Assembly: GCA_017620915.1 (NCBI GenBank)
Contig: JAFZSK010000014.1
Span: 2,712 to 66,711 of the forward strand
Reading direction: 5' to 3'
Length of the DNA: 64,000 nucleotides
Source: Clostridia bacterium
GTDB taxonomy: Bacteria; Bacillota; Clostridia; UBA1212; UBA1255
Part shown: piece after piece, positions 1 through 8,904 of the stretch
Position numbering within the stretch: the first letter of the stretch is position 1
How the letters are laid out: every line of letters begins with the position of its first letter
Made by a program: the position numbers and the translations under genes
Notes under the pieces: model-generated
Databases searched by the model: none
Told to the model about the DNA's origin: nothing
The model's input: only the letters and a program-made list of their open reading frames with translations

Positions 1-347
1 GGCATCGAGAGCGCATGCTCGGTGGCTTCCTTGGCCTTCAGTACGTCGCCCTTGGCCTCTTCCCACGCTTTGCCGTTCTCGCGCGCCACGCTCATGGTCA
101 GCTCATCCATTTCTTCCACCAGCAGCCGGCGCACGTTGTGCAGCACCTGCATCCGTTTCAGCACCGGAGTGTCGCGCCAGGCGGGAAACGCGCGGTACGC
201 GGCTTCCACCGCTTTGAGCGCTTCGTCCTGCGTGCATTTTGGCGCGCGGGCAATGATCTCGCCCGTGCTGGGATTGTACACGTCGTAGTATTCCGCGGCG
301 GCGGACTCGACGTACCGGTTGTCAATAAACAAATTTAACTTTTCCAT
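1..347 (-). CDS. Aldehyde dehydrogenase family, CoA-acylating methylmalonate-semialdehyde dehydrogenase-like (N-terminal part only; the gene runs off the window start)
   Basis: Reverse-strand translation from the ATG at 347 gives MEKLNLFIDNRYVESAAAEYYDVYNPSTGEIIARAPKCTQDEALKAVEAAYRAFPAWRDTPVLKRMQVLHNV..., a typical MmsA/IolA-type ALDH N-terminus. It is not in the ORF track because it is truncated by the window edge. Confidence 0.7.
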   Translation of the reverse strand, partial: MEKLNLFIDNRYVESAAAEYYDVYNPSTGEIIARAPKCTQDEALKAVEAAYRAFPAWRDTPVLKRMQVLHNVRRLLVEEMDELTMSVARENGKAWEEAKGDVLKAKEATEHALSM

Positions 348-957
348 AATTATCGATCAGCTCCTTAAACGGTTTGTGAGAAAAGATTCGTTCTATAAGC
401 GCGGGGTCAATATCGCACAATATCGACTGAAAGTCCTTATGCGCGGACGCGCTGATGACCTTCAGTTTTTCGCGGCTCTGGGCCTGACTTTCGGCGCGGT
501 GGGGCGGATAACCGGCCCCCATCGGATCGGCAAACAGCTTCTCGAAAATGTATTTCAAATTGATATCCGCCGCCCAGCCGAAGCCTTTGTTGAGGGCGAG
601 GGAGATGCAGTTGCCGCCGTTGATCTGCGAAAACAGCCACGCGTCCAGCGAATCCAGTATCAGGCCGCAGAACACGTTGGGATACTGCATCGCGGAGATC
701 AGGAAGCCCTGGCCCGTGCCGCAGCCGCCGATCACGAGGTCTGCCGCGCCGGAATTCAGTGCGATCGCCGCCATCAGGCCGGTGTGGATGTACGTCAGCT
801 CGGGCTCATTGCCCGCGCCGGTCATGCCCACGTTGAACACTTCCGCCGGGACGTTCGCGAGCGCCTCCATGACTTTCGGGTTTTTGTCCTGTGAAGAAAC
901 TTCGTTGATTACTGCGATCCTCATAATTATCCTTTTCCACCCTTTCTTTCGATGCAT
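322..957 (-). CDS. RpiB/LacA/LacB-family sugar-phosphate isomerase
   Basis: 211-aa ORF containing a GGCGTGQG motif, and RIAVI...N.G, characteristic of the ribose-5-P isomerase B / galactose-6-P isomerase family. It is co-oriented with the transketolase genes. Confidence 0.7.
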   Translation of the reverse strand: MHRKKGWKRIIMRIAVINEVSSQDKNPKVMEALANVPAEVFNVGMTGAGNEPELTYIHTGLMAAIALNSGAADLVIGGCGTGQGFLISAMQYPNVFCGLILDSLDAWLFSQINGGNCISLALNKGFGWAADINLKYIFEKLFADPMGAGYPPHRAESQAQSREKLKVISASAHKDFQSILCDIDPALIERIFSHKPFKELIDNYGKVKFVY

Positions 958-1901
958 ATCTTAGCTTTGCGTGCGATCTCCGCCGCCGTCAGCTTGAAGC
1001 GCTCCTGCAGGAACGCCTGCGAGCCTACTTCGCCGAAAGATTCGAACACGCCTACGCGCTCCACCGGCACGGGATATTCTGCACACAGCAGTTCGCTCAC
1101 CGCGCTGCCCAGGCCGCCGGTGGCGTTGTGGTTCTCCGCGGTGACAATTGCGCCCGCGCGGCGCGCCGCGTCCAGCACGGCGTCGTTGTCCAGCGGCTTC
1201 AGCGTGTGCATATCGATCACGCCGGCGTCAATGCCCTCCGCCTTCAACAGCTCCCGCGCCTTCAGCGCTTCATATACCATAATACCGCAGGCGATGATGT
1301 ACACGTCTTTGCCCTCGTACAGCCGCATGGCTTTGCCGATCTTGAACTGCGTGCCGTCGCGGTACAGTTTCGTGGTCACGCGGCGGGAAGTGCGCAGGTA
1401 GATCACGCCGTACGTCTGCGCCATTTCATGCACCACGGACGCGTACATCGTGCTGTCCGCGGGCTCGATGACGGTGGTATGAGGGATCAGCCGCATCAGG
1501 CCCAGATCCTCGAAGGGCATGTGGGTGCCGCCGTTGGTGGCCGCCGTGACGCCCGGATCCGCGCCGATGATCTTAACGTTCAGATCCTGATACGCGCAGG
1601 ACAGGAACAGCTGGTCAAACACGCGCCGCGTGGCGAACACGCCGAACGCGTGGAAGAACGGCACCAGGCCCGTGGCGGACAATCCCGCGCTCATGCCTAC
1701 GGCCTGCGCTTCCATGATGCCGCAGTTGACCGCGCGCTCCGGGAAGGCGGCGTAGAACCGGCCCGTGCCTACCGAATGGCTGACGTCGGCGTCAACTACC
1801 ATAAGTTTATCGTTGACCTTCGCCTCCGCGATCAGCGCGTCGCAGTACGCCTGGCGCATCTCTACCGTATCCGGGGCGAAGCTATCCAGTAAAACACTCA
1901 T
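927..1901 (-). CDS. Transketolase, C-terminal (pyrimidine-binding) subunit
   Basis: 324-aa ORF. The MEAQAVGMSAGLSATGLVPFFHAFGVFATRR and TNGGTHMPFEDLGLMRLIP motifs match split-transketolase subunit B. Confidence 0.9.
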   Translation of the reverse strand: MSVLLDSFAPDTVEMRQAYCDALIAEAKVNDKLMVVDADVSHSVGTGRFYAAFPERAVNCGIMEAQAVGMSAGLSATGLVPFFHAFGVFATRRVFDQLFLSCAYQDLNVKIIGADPGVTAATNGGTHMPFEDLGLMRLIPHTTVIEPADSTMYASVVHEMAQTYGVIYLRTSRRVTTKLYRDGTQFKIGKAMRLYEGKDVYIIACGIMVYEALKARELLKAEGIDAGVIDMHTLKPLDNDAVLDAARRAGAIVTAENHNATGGLGSAVSELLCAEYPVPVERVGVFESFGEVGSQAFLQERFKLTAAEIARKAKICIERKGGKG

Positions 1902-2752
1902 ATTTCTGCCTCCAGTCTCCGGTCGATCTCCGCGATCGCGCGCTCCGCGTCCTCATGGGACACCGGCATGTAGTGGTTGAAACCGTCGATCTCAGCAAAG
2001 CAGCCGCCGTGGCCTTTTTCGGTGTCGCAGATGACCGCCGTGGGTCTGTCGCCGCTGCCCGCACTGATAAGCGCATTGTACAGCTGCGTCACGTCGTGAC
2101 CGTCAACGCGCCGGATCTCAAACCCGAACGCGGAGAGCTTGTTGCCCAAGTCTTCTTCGTTGCAGATATCTTTGACGTAGCCGTCCAGCTGGCGGCGGTT
2201 GTTGTCGATCAGCACTACCAGGTTGGTCAGCTTCCGGTGGGCGATGAACATGAACGCCTCCCAGTTCTGGCCTTCCTGCAGCTCGCCGTCGCCGAGGATC
2301 GCGTACACCTTGCCCGGGATGCCCTGCAGCCGTTTGCCCAGCGCCACGCCCGAGGCCAGGGACAATCCCTGCCCGAGCGATCCCGTACTGATGTCAACGC
2401 CCGTCGTTTTCAGACGGTCGCAATGGCTGGGCAGGTGCGTGCCGCCCTTGTTCAGCGTGAGCAGCTCCGCGGGGTCAAAATACCCTTTCAACGCCAGCGT
2501 CGCGTACAGCGCGGGACCGCAGTGCCCTTTGGACAACACCACCCAGTCCCGTTCTTCCCACTGCGGATCTGCGGGGTCAATATTCAGAATATCATTGTAC
2601 AGCACCGCCAGCATATCCGCGATGGACATGCTGCCGCCGATGTGCCCCGAGCCGGCCGCTTCCAGCGCGCGGATGCAGTTTTTGCGGATCTCCGCCGCGA
2701 AACGCTTAGTTTCCCGCGCGTCAAACGGTTTCTTCTGTGATGGCATGCTCAT
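1898..2752 (-). CDS. Transketolase, N-terminal (TPP-binding) subunit
   Basis: SMSIADMLAVLY...GHCGPALYATLALKGY...GDGELQEGQNWEAFMFIAHRKLTNLVVLIDNN. The start was chosen at MSMPSQKK (2752) rather than the longer track ORF. The gene overlaps the upstream TPP-enzyme stop. Confidence 0.9.
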   Translation of the reverse strand: MSMPSQKKPFDARETKRFAAEIRKNCIRALEAAGSGHIGGSMSIADMLAVLYNDILNIDPADPQWEERDWVVLSKGHCGPALYATLALKGYFDPAELLTLNKGGTHLPSHCDRLKTTGVDISTGSLGQGLSLASGVALGKRLQGIPGKVYAILGDGELQEGQNWEAFMFIAHRKLTNLVVLIDNNRRQLDGYVKDICNEEDLGNKLSAFGFEIRRVDGHDVTQLYNALISAGSGDRPTAVICDTEKGHGGCFAEIDGFNHYMPVSHEDAERAIAEIDRRLEAEI

Positions 2753-4508
2753 AAGCCTTTCTTCTTTCTTCCATGTAGCCCGGGATCGGCACATCCCACC
2801 AGCCGAACGCTTCGCCGCCGGACCAGGGGTGTACGGAAGATACGGGCACGTGGATCAGCGCGGGGCCGTTCTGCTTGAGGGCGTCGGTCAGCGCGGCTTT
2901 GAGGCTCGCGTTGTCCTCCGCGCGGTACGCTTTGATATGGAAGCCCTCGGCGATGGCGCGGAAGTCCGGCGTGTACATTTTGCCGTCCTGTTCGAAGTCG
3001 TTGCCGAAGGTGTTTTCTTTGCCCAGCACATCCACCTGGAGGTCTTTGATGGCCATCCAGCCGCGGTTGTCCGCCAGTATGATCACGATGGGGATATTGT
3101 ACTGCGCCGCCGTAGACAATTCCTGCATCACCATCATAAAGTCGCCGTCGCCCACGAGGGCAACCACCGGCCGCTCCGGCGCCGCCAGCTTCGCGCCCAG
3201 CGCCGCGGGGAACGCCCAGCCCATGGTGGAGAAGCCGCCTGTGGTCAGGTTGCAGCCGCGCTCTGCGTAGCAGTATTCCTGGAACAGCTGCGCCTGGGTG
3301 TTGCCCGAAGACGTAGCGATGATCGTATCTTTCGGCAGCGTATCCGCCAGCACGCCGATCATGCGAGAGATGGTCATCTCCTGCGTCTGCGCGTTCCATT
3401 TGTCATGCACGAATTTGAACCAGTCCGCGCGGCGCTGTTTGATCTCGTCCAGGTAAGCCTGGTTGACTGTGAAGTCCGGATCTTTTTCCAGCACGCGGGT
3501 GAGGAAGGCGTTGACATCGGAGAACACGCCTACATCCGCGGCGTAGTTCTTGCCGATCTCGTGGCCGTCCAGATCCACCTGGATCAGCTTGGTATCCGGG
3601 AAGTTGAACGCCACGCCCTTGCGGTACGAGCAGGTGGACTCGTCGGCAAACCGCGTGCCCAGCGCCAGTATCACGTCCGCGCTGCGGCTGATCTCGAGAC
3701 CGATCTTGGTGCCCTTGCTGCCCGTGTGGAAGCAGTACTGGTCGTGGGTCTCGCGCACGGTGCCTTTGGCCGCCAGCGTGGTGATGATCGCCGCACCCCA
3801 TTTTTCCGCCAGTTTTTCGATGAGCTCGCCGGATTTAGCGTGCAGCGCGCCGCCGCCCGCAAAGATCAGCGGCCGTTTGGCGGTCTTCATAAGTTCGATG
3901 GCTTTGTCCACGGCGCCTTCATCCGGGCCCGGGAGCGTCCAGACCGGCTGCTTGGCCAGCGGGATCGTTTTTTCGGTGGAATCCGCCTGCACGTCCATGG
4001 GCAATGTGATGGCGCACGGACCGCGCCGCCCGGACAACATCTCTTTGAACGCGTTGTTCATGATGCGGGGCAGCTGATCCGCGGTCTCGGCGCGCCAGCA
4101 GCGTTTTACCAGCGGCTCCAGCGCGCGCTGGATGTTGCTGTCGTGGTTCTTTTCCACTTCCTGCAGCACGCCCACGCCGTACATGTTTGTGTGGGTGTCT
4201 CCGCACAGCGCCAGGAACGGGGTGGAGTCAACGAACGCCGTTGCCAGCCCGATGGACAGGTTCAGCGTGCCGGGGCCAATGGAGGCAAACACTGCCAGCG
4301 GCTCGCCCTTGACGCGGTAGTAGCCGTCCGCGATAGCCGTTGCCGCCTGCTCGTGCTTGACCTGCATATACTTGATCTTGCCGTCTGCTTCCGCCTTGCG
4401 GATCGCGTCGAACAGTCCCAGCACGCCGTGGCCGGGGATGCCCAGAATGTACGGCACTTTTTCATTTATAAGTTTCTGTACGATAACTTCTCCGCCAGTC
4501 TTTTTCAT
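2721..4508 (-). CDS. Thiamine-pyrophosphate enzyme of the acetolactate-synthase-large-subunit superfamily (IolD-like or Xsc-like; specificity unresolved)
   Basis: 595 aa with three-domain TPP-enzyme architecture: N-terminal PYR domain HEQAA..ADGY, a central domain, and C-terminal GDGDFMM...ILADNRGW (the TPP-binding GDG...N motif). Confidence 0.8.
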   Translation of the reverse strand: MKKTGGEVIVQKLINEKVPYILGIPGHGVLGLFDAIRKAEADGKIKYMQVKHEQAATAIADGYYRVKGEPLAVFASIGPGTLNLSIGLATAFVDSTPFLALCGDTHTNMYGVGVLQEVEKNHDSNIQRALEPLVKRCWRAETADQLPRIMNNAFKEMLSGRRGPCAITLPMDVQADSTEKTIPLAKQPVWTLPGPDEGAVDKAIELMKTAKRPLIFAGGGALHAKSGELIEKLAEKWGAAIITTLAAKGTVRETHDQYCFHTGSKGTKIGLEISRSADVILALGTRFADESTCSYRKGVAFNFPDTKLIQVDLDGHEIGKNYAADVGVFSDVNAFLTRVLEKDPDFTVNQAYLDEIKQRRADWFKFVHDKWNAQTQEMTISRMIGVLADTLPKDTIIATSSGNTQAQLFQEYCYAERGCNLTTGGFSTMGWAFPAALGAKLAAPERPVVALVGDGDFMMVMQELSTAAQYNIPIVIILADNRGWMAIKDLQVDVLGKENTFGNDFEQDGKMYTPDFRAIAEGFHIKAYRAEDNASLKAALTDALKQNGPALIHVPVSSVHPWSGGEAFGWWDVPIPGYMEERRKAYEHAITEETV

Positions 4509-4557
4509 AGTAGCTCCTTAACTTAAAACTTAAAACTTATAACTTGCAACTTGCAAC

Positions 4558-5610
4558 TTATTTGAGTTCCAGGTACGGATACGTGTCATTGACCACGATC
4601 TCGACCTTCCGGTTCTCCTCGATGCTCTTGATGCTGGCCAGCACCATGGCGATGCTGTAAACGTTGTCCTTGCAGTCCGTGCCGGGCGTGCGGCCGGTGT
4701 CCAGCGCGTCGAACAGATCTTCCAGTGCGCCGTCATGCTGATCGCGCACGACCTCAGGCTTCTCGAACACGCCCTCTTTGTACCACTCGCCGTAGTGGAG
4801 GCCGTTGGTGTGCTCAAAGTATTGGTAGTGCACGTCGCCGAAGCCGTCCCAGACCACGGAGCCCTTGTCGCAGTCGATGCGCCATTCGTTGTCCCAGGAT
4901 GTCCAGCAGGCCTGCGCGCCGTTGTAGCCGCGGAACAGGTAGGTCACGCCGTTGTCGAACTCGAATACCGCGTCGCACGCGGAATCGCCGGTGTACATGG
5001 AGCCCTTCGGCCGGAAGCTGTGGTAGATGACCGACGTGGGCTTGCCGTCCACGAGGTAGCGCGCCATATCGAAGCTGTGGATGTTGTTGTCCTGCAGCTG
5101 CGGGTATTTGAGGTTGTTGCGGATGCTGCCCATATCGGCGTTGACGTAAATGCTGCCGCTCAGCAGGGTAGGTTCGCCCAGCAGGCCGGATTTGACCAGT
5201 TCGCGGATCTTGCCCACGCGGTCAATGAAGCGGCGGTTCTGCATCACGAAGTAGTGCTTGCCGGTCTCGTCCACGGTCTTGAGGATCTCGTTGACCTGGT
5301 CAACGGTGAACGCCATCGGCTTCTCGCCGAACACGTTGTAGCCCGCTTTCAGCGCAGTGGTGACGATCTCGCAGTGCGCGGTGACGAAGGTGAGGTCAAT
5401 GAGCAGATCGCCCTTTTCGTTCTCCAGCGCTTCTTTTTCGCTGGTGTAGATGCGGCAGTCGAGGCCGTAGCGGTCGCGGTATTTGATGGCGTTGTCAACG
5501 TTCCGGTCCACGAGCGCGAGTACTTTGCAGTCGTCGCGTTTGGTGATGTGATCCAGCCAGCGGAAGGTGATGGCGCCGCAGCCGACGATGATGATGTTGT
5601 GTTTGATCAT
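4558..5610 (-). CDS. Gfo/Idh/MocA-family NAD(P)-dependent oxidoreductase (inositol 2-dehydrogenase-like)
   Basis: MIKHNIIIVGCGAITFRWL Rossmann N-terminus. AAAGGAG RBS 7 nt upstream of the ATG at 5610. The longer track ORF start was rejected. Confidence 0.85.
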   Translation of the reverse strand: MIKHNIIIVGCGAITFRWLDHITKRDDCKVLALVDRNVDNAIKYRDRYGLDCRIYTSEKEALENEKGDLLIDLTFVTAHCEIVTTALKAGYNVFGEKPMAFTVDQVNEILKTVDETGKHYFVMQNRRFIDRVGKIRELVKSGLLGEPTLLSGSIYVNADMGSIRNNLKYPQLQDNNIHSFDMARYLVDGKPTSVIYHSFRPKGSMYTGDSACDAVFEFDNGVTYLFRGYNGAQACWTSWDNEWRIDCDKGSVVWDGFGDVHYQYFEHTNGLHYGEWYKEGVFEKPEVVRDQHDGALEDLFDALDTGRTPGTDCKDNVYSIAMVLASIKSIEENRKVEIVVNDTYPYLELK

Positions 5611-5664
5611 GGTGAGTTCTCCTTTATATATAGTTGTGTGTCGTTTCAATGATTTAAGTTCTGC

Positions 5665-6522
5665 TCACAGATACAGGTCCAGCAGTTTGCGCATGTCCGG
5701 CGCGGCGGGCGCGTGTTTGCCGCCGTACGTGGTCGCCCGGTAGCCCCAGGACTCGAATTCCACGCTGGCGCAGCCCTCGTAGCCGATCTCTTTGAGCGCG
5801 TCGAAAAAGGCTTTGAAGTTCACATTGCCCTCGCCGATGACGGGGAAGGTGAAGCGGCCGGGTTCCGCGATGCCCACGGCATCCTTCAGGTGCACGTGGA
5901 AGATCTTGTTTTTGCCCCAGCCCTTGACCAGGAACTCCATGTCGGTGTTGCCGTACAGTACTTCGTGGGACGGATCCAGGTTGACGCCCAGGAACGGCGA
6001 ATCGTAGCGGCTCTGCAGGTACTGATTGGTGTAGAAATCGTGAACGAGCATGCCCCAGACGTTCTCCACAGCCAGCTTCACGCCGCACTGTTCCGCCACG
6101 GGCAATATCTCGTCGAACGCTTCGAAGACCCACTTCCAGGCGGTGCCGGCGGATACGTGGCGACCAACGATCACCGGATCCGGATTCCACGGCACGGGGC
6201 CGGTGAACAGGTTCGCGGTGGTGACGCCGAGGTCGGCAACTTTCTTCAGATTGGTCTTGATGGTCTCTATCGAGGCGCGACGGGCGTCAACGTCGGGTAT
6301 GACCAGGTCGTGCTGCAGCAGCACTTCGGATATTTTGAGGCCGTTGTCCGCGAGCGCCTTTGTGAGCGCTTCGTTGTCCGCGGCGGTCTTGCCGGGCGCG
6401 AAAATGATGTCGTCGATCAATTCCACGCAGTCGTACCCCGATTCCCGCACGTAATGGCATAGTTTACCGTAGTCCCAGCCGAGCATTTCTCCGTTCGCCA
6501 AAAAGCCTAATTGGATCATGAT
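5665..6522 (-). CDS. Sugar phosphate isomerase/epimerase (xylose-isomerase-like TIM barrel; IolE/IolI-like)
   Basis: MIQLGFLANGEM...CVELID....VENVWGM...LDPSHE...FHVHLKD motifs typical of the AP-endonuclease-2 / xylose isomerase-like fold. AAAGGAGG RBS before the ATG at 6522. Confidence 0.85.
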   Translation of the reverse strand: MMIQLGFLANGEMLGWDYGKLCHYVRESGYDCVELIDDIIFAPGKTAADNEALTKALADNGLKISEVLLQHDLVIPDVDARRASIETIKTNLKKVADLGVTTANLFTGPVPWNPDPVIVGRHVSAGTAWKWVFEAFDEILPVAEQCGVKLAVENVWGMLVHDFYTNQYLQSRYDSPFLGVNLDPSHEVLYGNTDMEFLVKGWGKNKIFHVHLKDAVGIAEPGRFTFPVIGEGNVNFKAFFDALKEIGYEGCASVEFESWGYRATTYGGKHAPAAPDMRKLLDLYL

Positions 6523-6677
6523 GTTCCTCCTTTGCGCAGTTGAGATGCAGCGTTTTCGTTTCTTATTGTGCAACGCGTTTCTGCATCTATAATTATACCT
6601 TAAAACTGCTCAAAACGCAAGCGTTTGTCCTTTGCTTTGTACTCTGGGTTATCCTTGTCACCATTATAGAGCGTGAG

Positions 6678-6822
6678 TGTCAGCCACAATTCTATTTTTA
6701 GTTGATTGTGGCTGATGGATAGAAGGAGTGTGTCAGCCACAATCCGTCATTTTGCCAATTGTGGCTGATGGACAGAAGAAGTGCGTCAGCCACAATCCGT
6801 TGTTTTGCCAATTGTGGCTGAC
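6678..6822. repeat. Tandem palindromic repeat family A: 3 copies of about 53 bp, each TGTCAGCCACAAT-N14-ATTGTGGCTGA
   Basis: Read directly at 6678-6732, 6733-6785 and 6786-6822. The arms are perfect 11-bp inverted repeats. The array sits in the divergent intergenic region between the catabolic operon and the IclR gene. Confidence 0.9.
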
Positions 6823-6837
6823 AAATCATTCTGTTTT

Positions 6838-6978
6838 CCCAGAAATGCGGCGCCATCACCCGGTTCGCAGCCTTTGCCATCTTCCTCTTTTCCCGCCCTG
6901 CGAAGCCGAGTGAATGGCAAAGCATTTCGTTCCTCAGAAATGCGCCGCCATCACCCGGTTCGCAGCATTTGCCATTTG
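6838..6978. repeat. About 40-bp direct repeat x2 (AGAAATGCGGCGCCATCACCCGGTTCGCAGC(C/A)TTTGCCAT), spaced about 97 bp
   Basis: Copies at about 6838-6880 and 6936-6978 are nearly identical. They generate spurious small ORFs. Confidence 0.8.
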
Positions 6979-7027
6979 CCCTCCGGTATGTTATTATAGT
7001 CCCACTTCCCGAAGGGCGGTCATCAAC

Positions 7028-7789
7028 ATGGACAAACAAGTGCAGACGATCAATTCACTGGCGCGGGGGCTCGCGATCATTGACCTCATACACGAACATG
7101 GGCGGCTCGGCGTGACCGAGCTGGGCAAGCTGCTGGGCGTCAACAAAAGCAGCGCATACCGCCTCCTGAAAACGCTGGAGGAGCACGGCTACGTGGAGCA
7201 GATCGCCGAGAACGGCAAGTATACCCTGGGCCTTAAACTCTGCAAATTCCGGGAGCGCGTGCTGGACTCTTACGACATTCGGGCGGTGGCGCATCCATAT
7301 CTGGAAGAATTGACGCGGCTCACCGGCGAAGCGGCGGGACTCAGCGTGCGCAAAGGGGACGAAGTGTTCCTGATCGACTGCCTCAGCGCGCCGCATCATC
7401 TGGGCGTGATCCTGCAGATCGGCGACCGGGAGGAACTGCACTGCACCGCGCACGGGAAGGCAATGCTTTCTGCGCTCCCCGAAGACGAGCAGCGGCGGCT
7501 GCTGAAAAAAGAGAAATTGACCGCGCATACCGTGTATACCGTCACGGACCGGGAGCAGCTGCTGGCGGTGGCGAAGGCAGACAAGGCGCGGCGGTACGCC
7601 GTTGACAACGAAGAAACGACGCTCGGCATGCGCTGCGTCGCGGCCAATATATACGATTTCAGCGGCAACGTCGTCGCGGCCATCGGCATCTCCGGCCCCA
7701 CAGACCGGGTCACCGAAGAAAAGATCCCCGAGTATGCGGGGATCATAACGCGGATCGCGGAAACTATATCGCGGCGGCTGGGGTATTGA
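7028..7789 (+). CDS. IclR-family transcriptional regulator
   Basis: N-terminal HTH (INSLARGLAIIDLIHEHGRLGVTELGKLLGVNKSSAYRLLKTLEE) plus a C-terminal IclR effector domain. Divergent from the catabolic operon. The start was moved to MDKQVQ. Confidence 0.85.
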   Translation: MDKQVQTINSLARGLAIIDLIHEHGRLGVTELGKLLGVNKSSAYRLLKTLEEHGYVEQIAENGKYTLGLKLCKFRERVLDSYDIRAVAHPYLEELTRLTGEAAGLSVRKGDEVFLIDCLSAPHHLGVILQIGDREELHCTAHGKAMLSALPEDEQRRLLKKEKLTAHTVYTVTDREQLLAVAKADKARRYAVDNEETTLGMRCVAANIYDFSGNVVAAIGISGPTDRVTEEKIPEYAGIITRIAETISRRLGY

Positions 7790-7804
7790 CCCTGCGCCGT
7801 TTTT

Positions 7805-8812
7805 TTACAGCAGCGGGATGCCCGCGTTTTCGCAGGCGGCAACGGTTGCCTCGTCCCAGATACTCGACTGCACTTCGCCTATGTGGGCACAGCCCAGCAT
7901 CAGCATGCAGAGGCGGGATTGGCCGATGCCTCCGCCGATGGTGAGCGGGAGTTCCCCGGCCAGCAGCATCTTATGGAACGGCAGTTTGCGGCGGTCATCA
8001 CAGCCCGCGAGCGTGAGCTGGCGGTCCAGCGATTCGGGATCCACGCGGATGCCCATAGAGGAGATCTCCAGCGCGTTGTCCAGCACGGGATTCCAGAACA
8101 GGATATCGCAGTTGAGCGCCCAGTCGTCGTAGTCCGGCGCGCGGCCGTCGTGAGGAATGCCCGAGCGCAGGTTGCCTCCGATCTGCATGATGCACGCGGT
8201 GTGGTGGCGGCGCAGGAATTCGCGCTCGCGCTGCTTCGGCGTCAGTTCCGGATACATGTCCTCCAGTTCCTGCGAAGTGATGAACGTGACGTCGCGCTCC
8301 AGTTCGACGGTGAGCTGCGGAAAACGCACGTGCAGGCTGTCGTTGGTGTCGGCGATAGCGCCCACCACGGCGCGGACAATAAGTTTCAGATAGTCGAGAT
8401 CACGGTTCGCGGCGGTGATGATCTTTTCCCAGTCCCACTGGTCAACGTAAATGGAGTGGATGTTGTCCGGTTCCTCGTCCCGCCGGATGGCGTTCATGTC
8501 GGTGTACAGTCCGTTGCCCACGCTGAAATGATACCGCTTCAGTGCGAGCCGCTTCCATTTGGCCAGCGAATGCACGACCTGGGCGTCAACGCCGATCGCC
8601 GGCACGTCGAAATCCACCGGCCGCTCGTAGCCGTTGAGGTTGTCGTTGAGGCCGGAACTTTCGGTGACGAACAACGGCGCCGATACGCGCTTGAGGTTCA
8701 GCGCTTTGGCAAATTCGCGCTGGAATGTATCTTTTATGAACGCGATCGCGCGCTGCGTGTCGTATTCGTCGAGGATCGGCTTATAGCCGGCGGGGATGAT
8801 GAGTCTGTTCAT
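7805..8812 (-). CDS. asnA: Aspartate--ammonia ligase (asparagine synthetase A)
   Basis: 335 aa with ...YVDQWDWEKII... and full-length similarity to class-II aaRS-like AsnA. GAAAGGA RBS. Confidence 0.9.
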   Translation of the reverse strand: MNRLIIPAGYKPILDEYDTQRAIAFIKDTFQREFAKALNLKRVSAPLFVTESSGLNDNLNGYERPVDFDVPAIGVDAQVVHSLAKWKRLALKRYHFSVGNGLYTDMNAIRRDEEPDNIHSIYVDQWDWEKIITAANRDLDYLKLIVRAVVGAIADTNDSLHVRFPQLTVELERDVTFITSQELEDMYPELTPKQREREFLRRHHTACIMQIGGNLRSGIPHDGRAPDYDDWALNCDILFWNPVLDNALEISSMGIRVDPESLDRQLTLAGCDDRRKLPFHKMLLAGELPLTIGGGIGQSRLCMLMLGCAHIGEVQSSIWDEATVAACENAGIPLL

Positions 8813-8904
8813 ACGCGTATTCCTTTCGGCAGGGCGGAGGGCAATCGGAGCGCCGCGCGGTACCGGGCAATATTATAACAAACGGGAAGGGAAATGGCAA
8901 AAGC

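Noticed and set aside
2721-4508. Calling the TPP enzyme acetolactate synthase (ilvB) or specifically IolD or Xsc
   Set aside because: The three-domain TPP fold is clear, but the diagnostic residues separating ALS, IolD and Xsc cannot be resolved by eye. The genomic context (no ilvN or ilvC) argues against biosynthetic ALS, so a generic call is given.
2199-4526. 775-aa plus-strand ORF overlapping the TPP-enzyme gene
   Set aside because: It is antisense to a well-supported minus-strand gene. The translation is Arg/Ala-rich low-complexity sequence typical of spurious ORFs in GC-rich DNA, with no RBS or domain signal.
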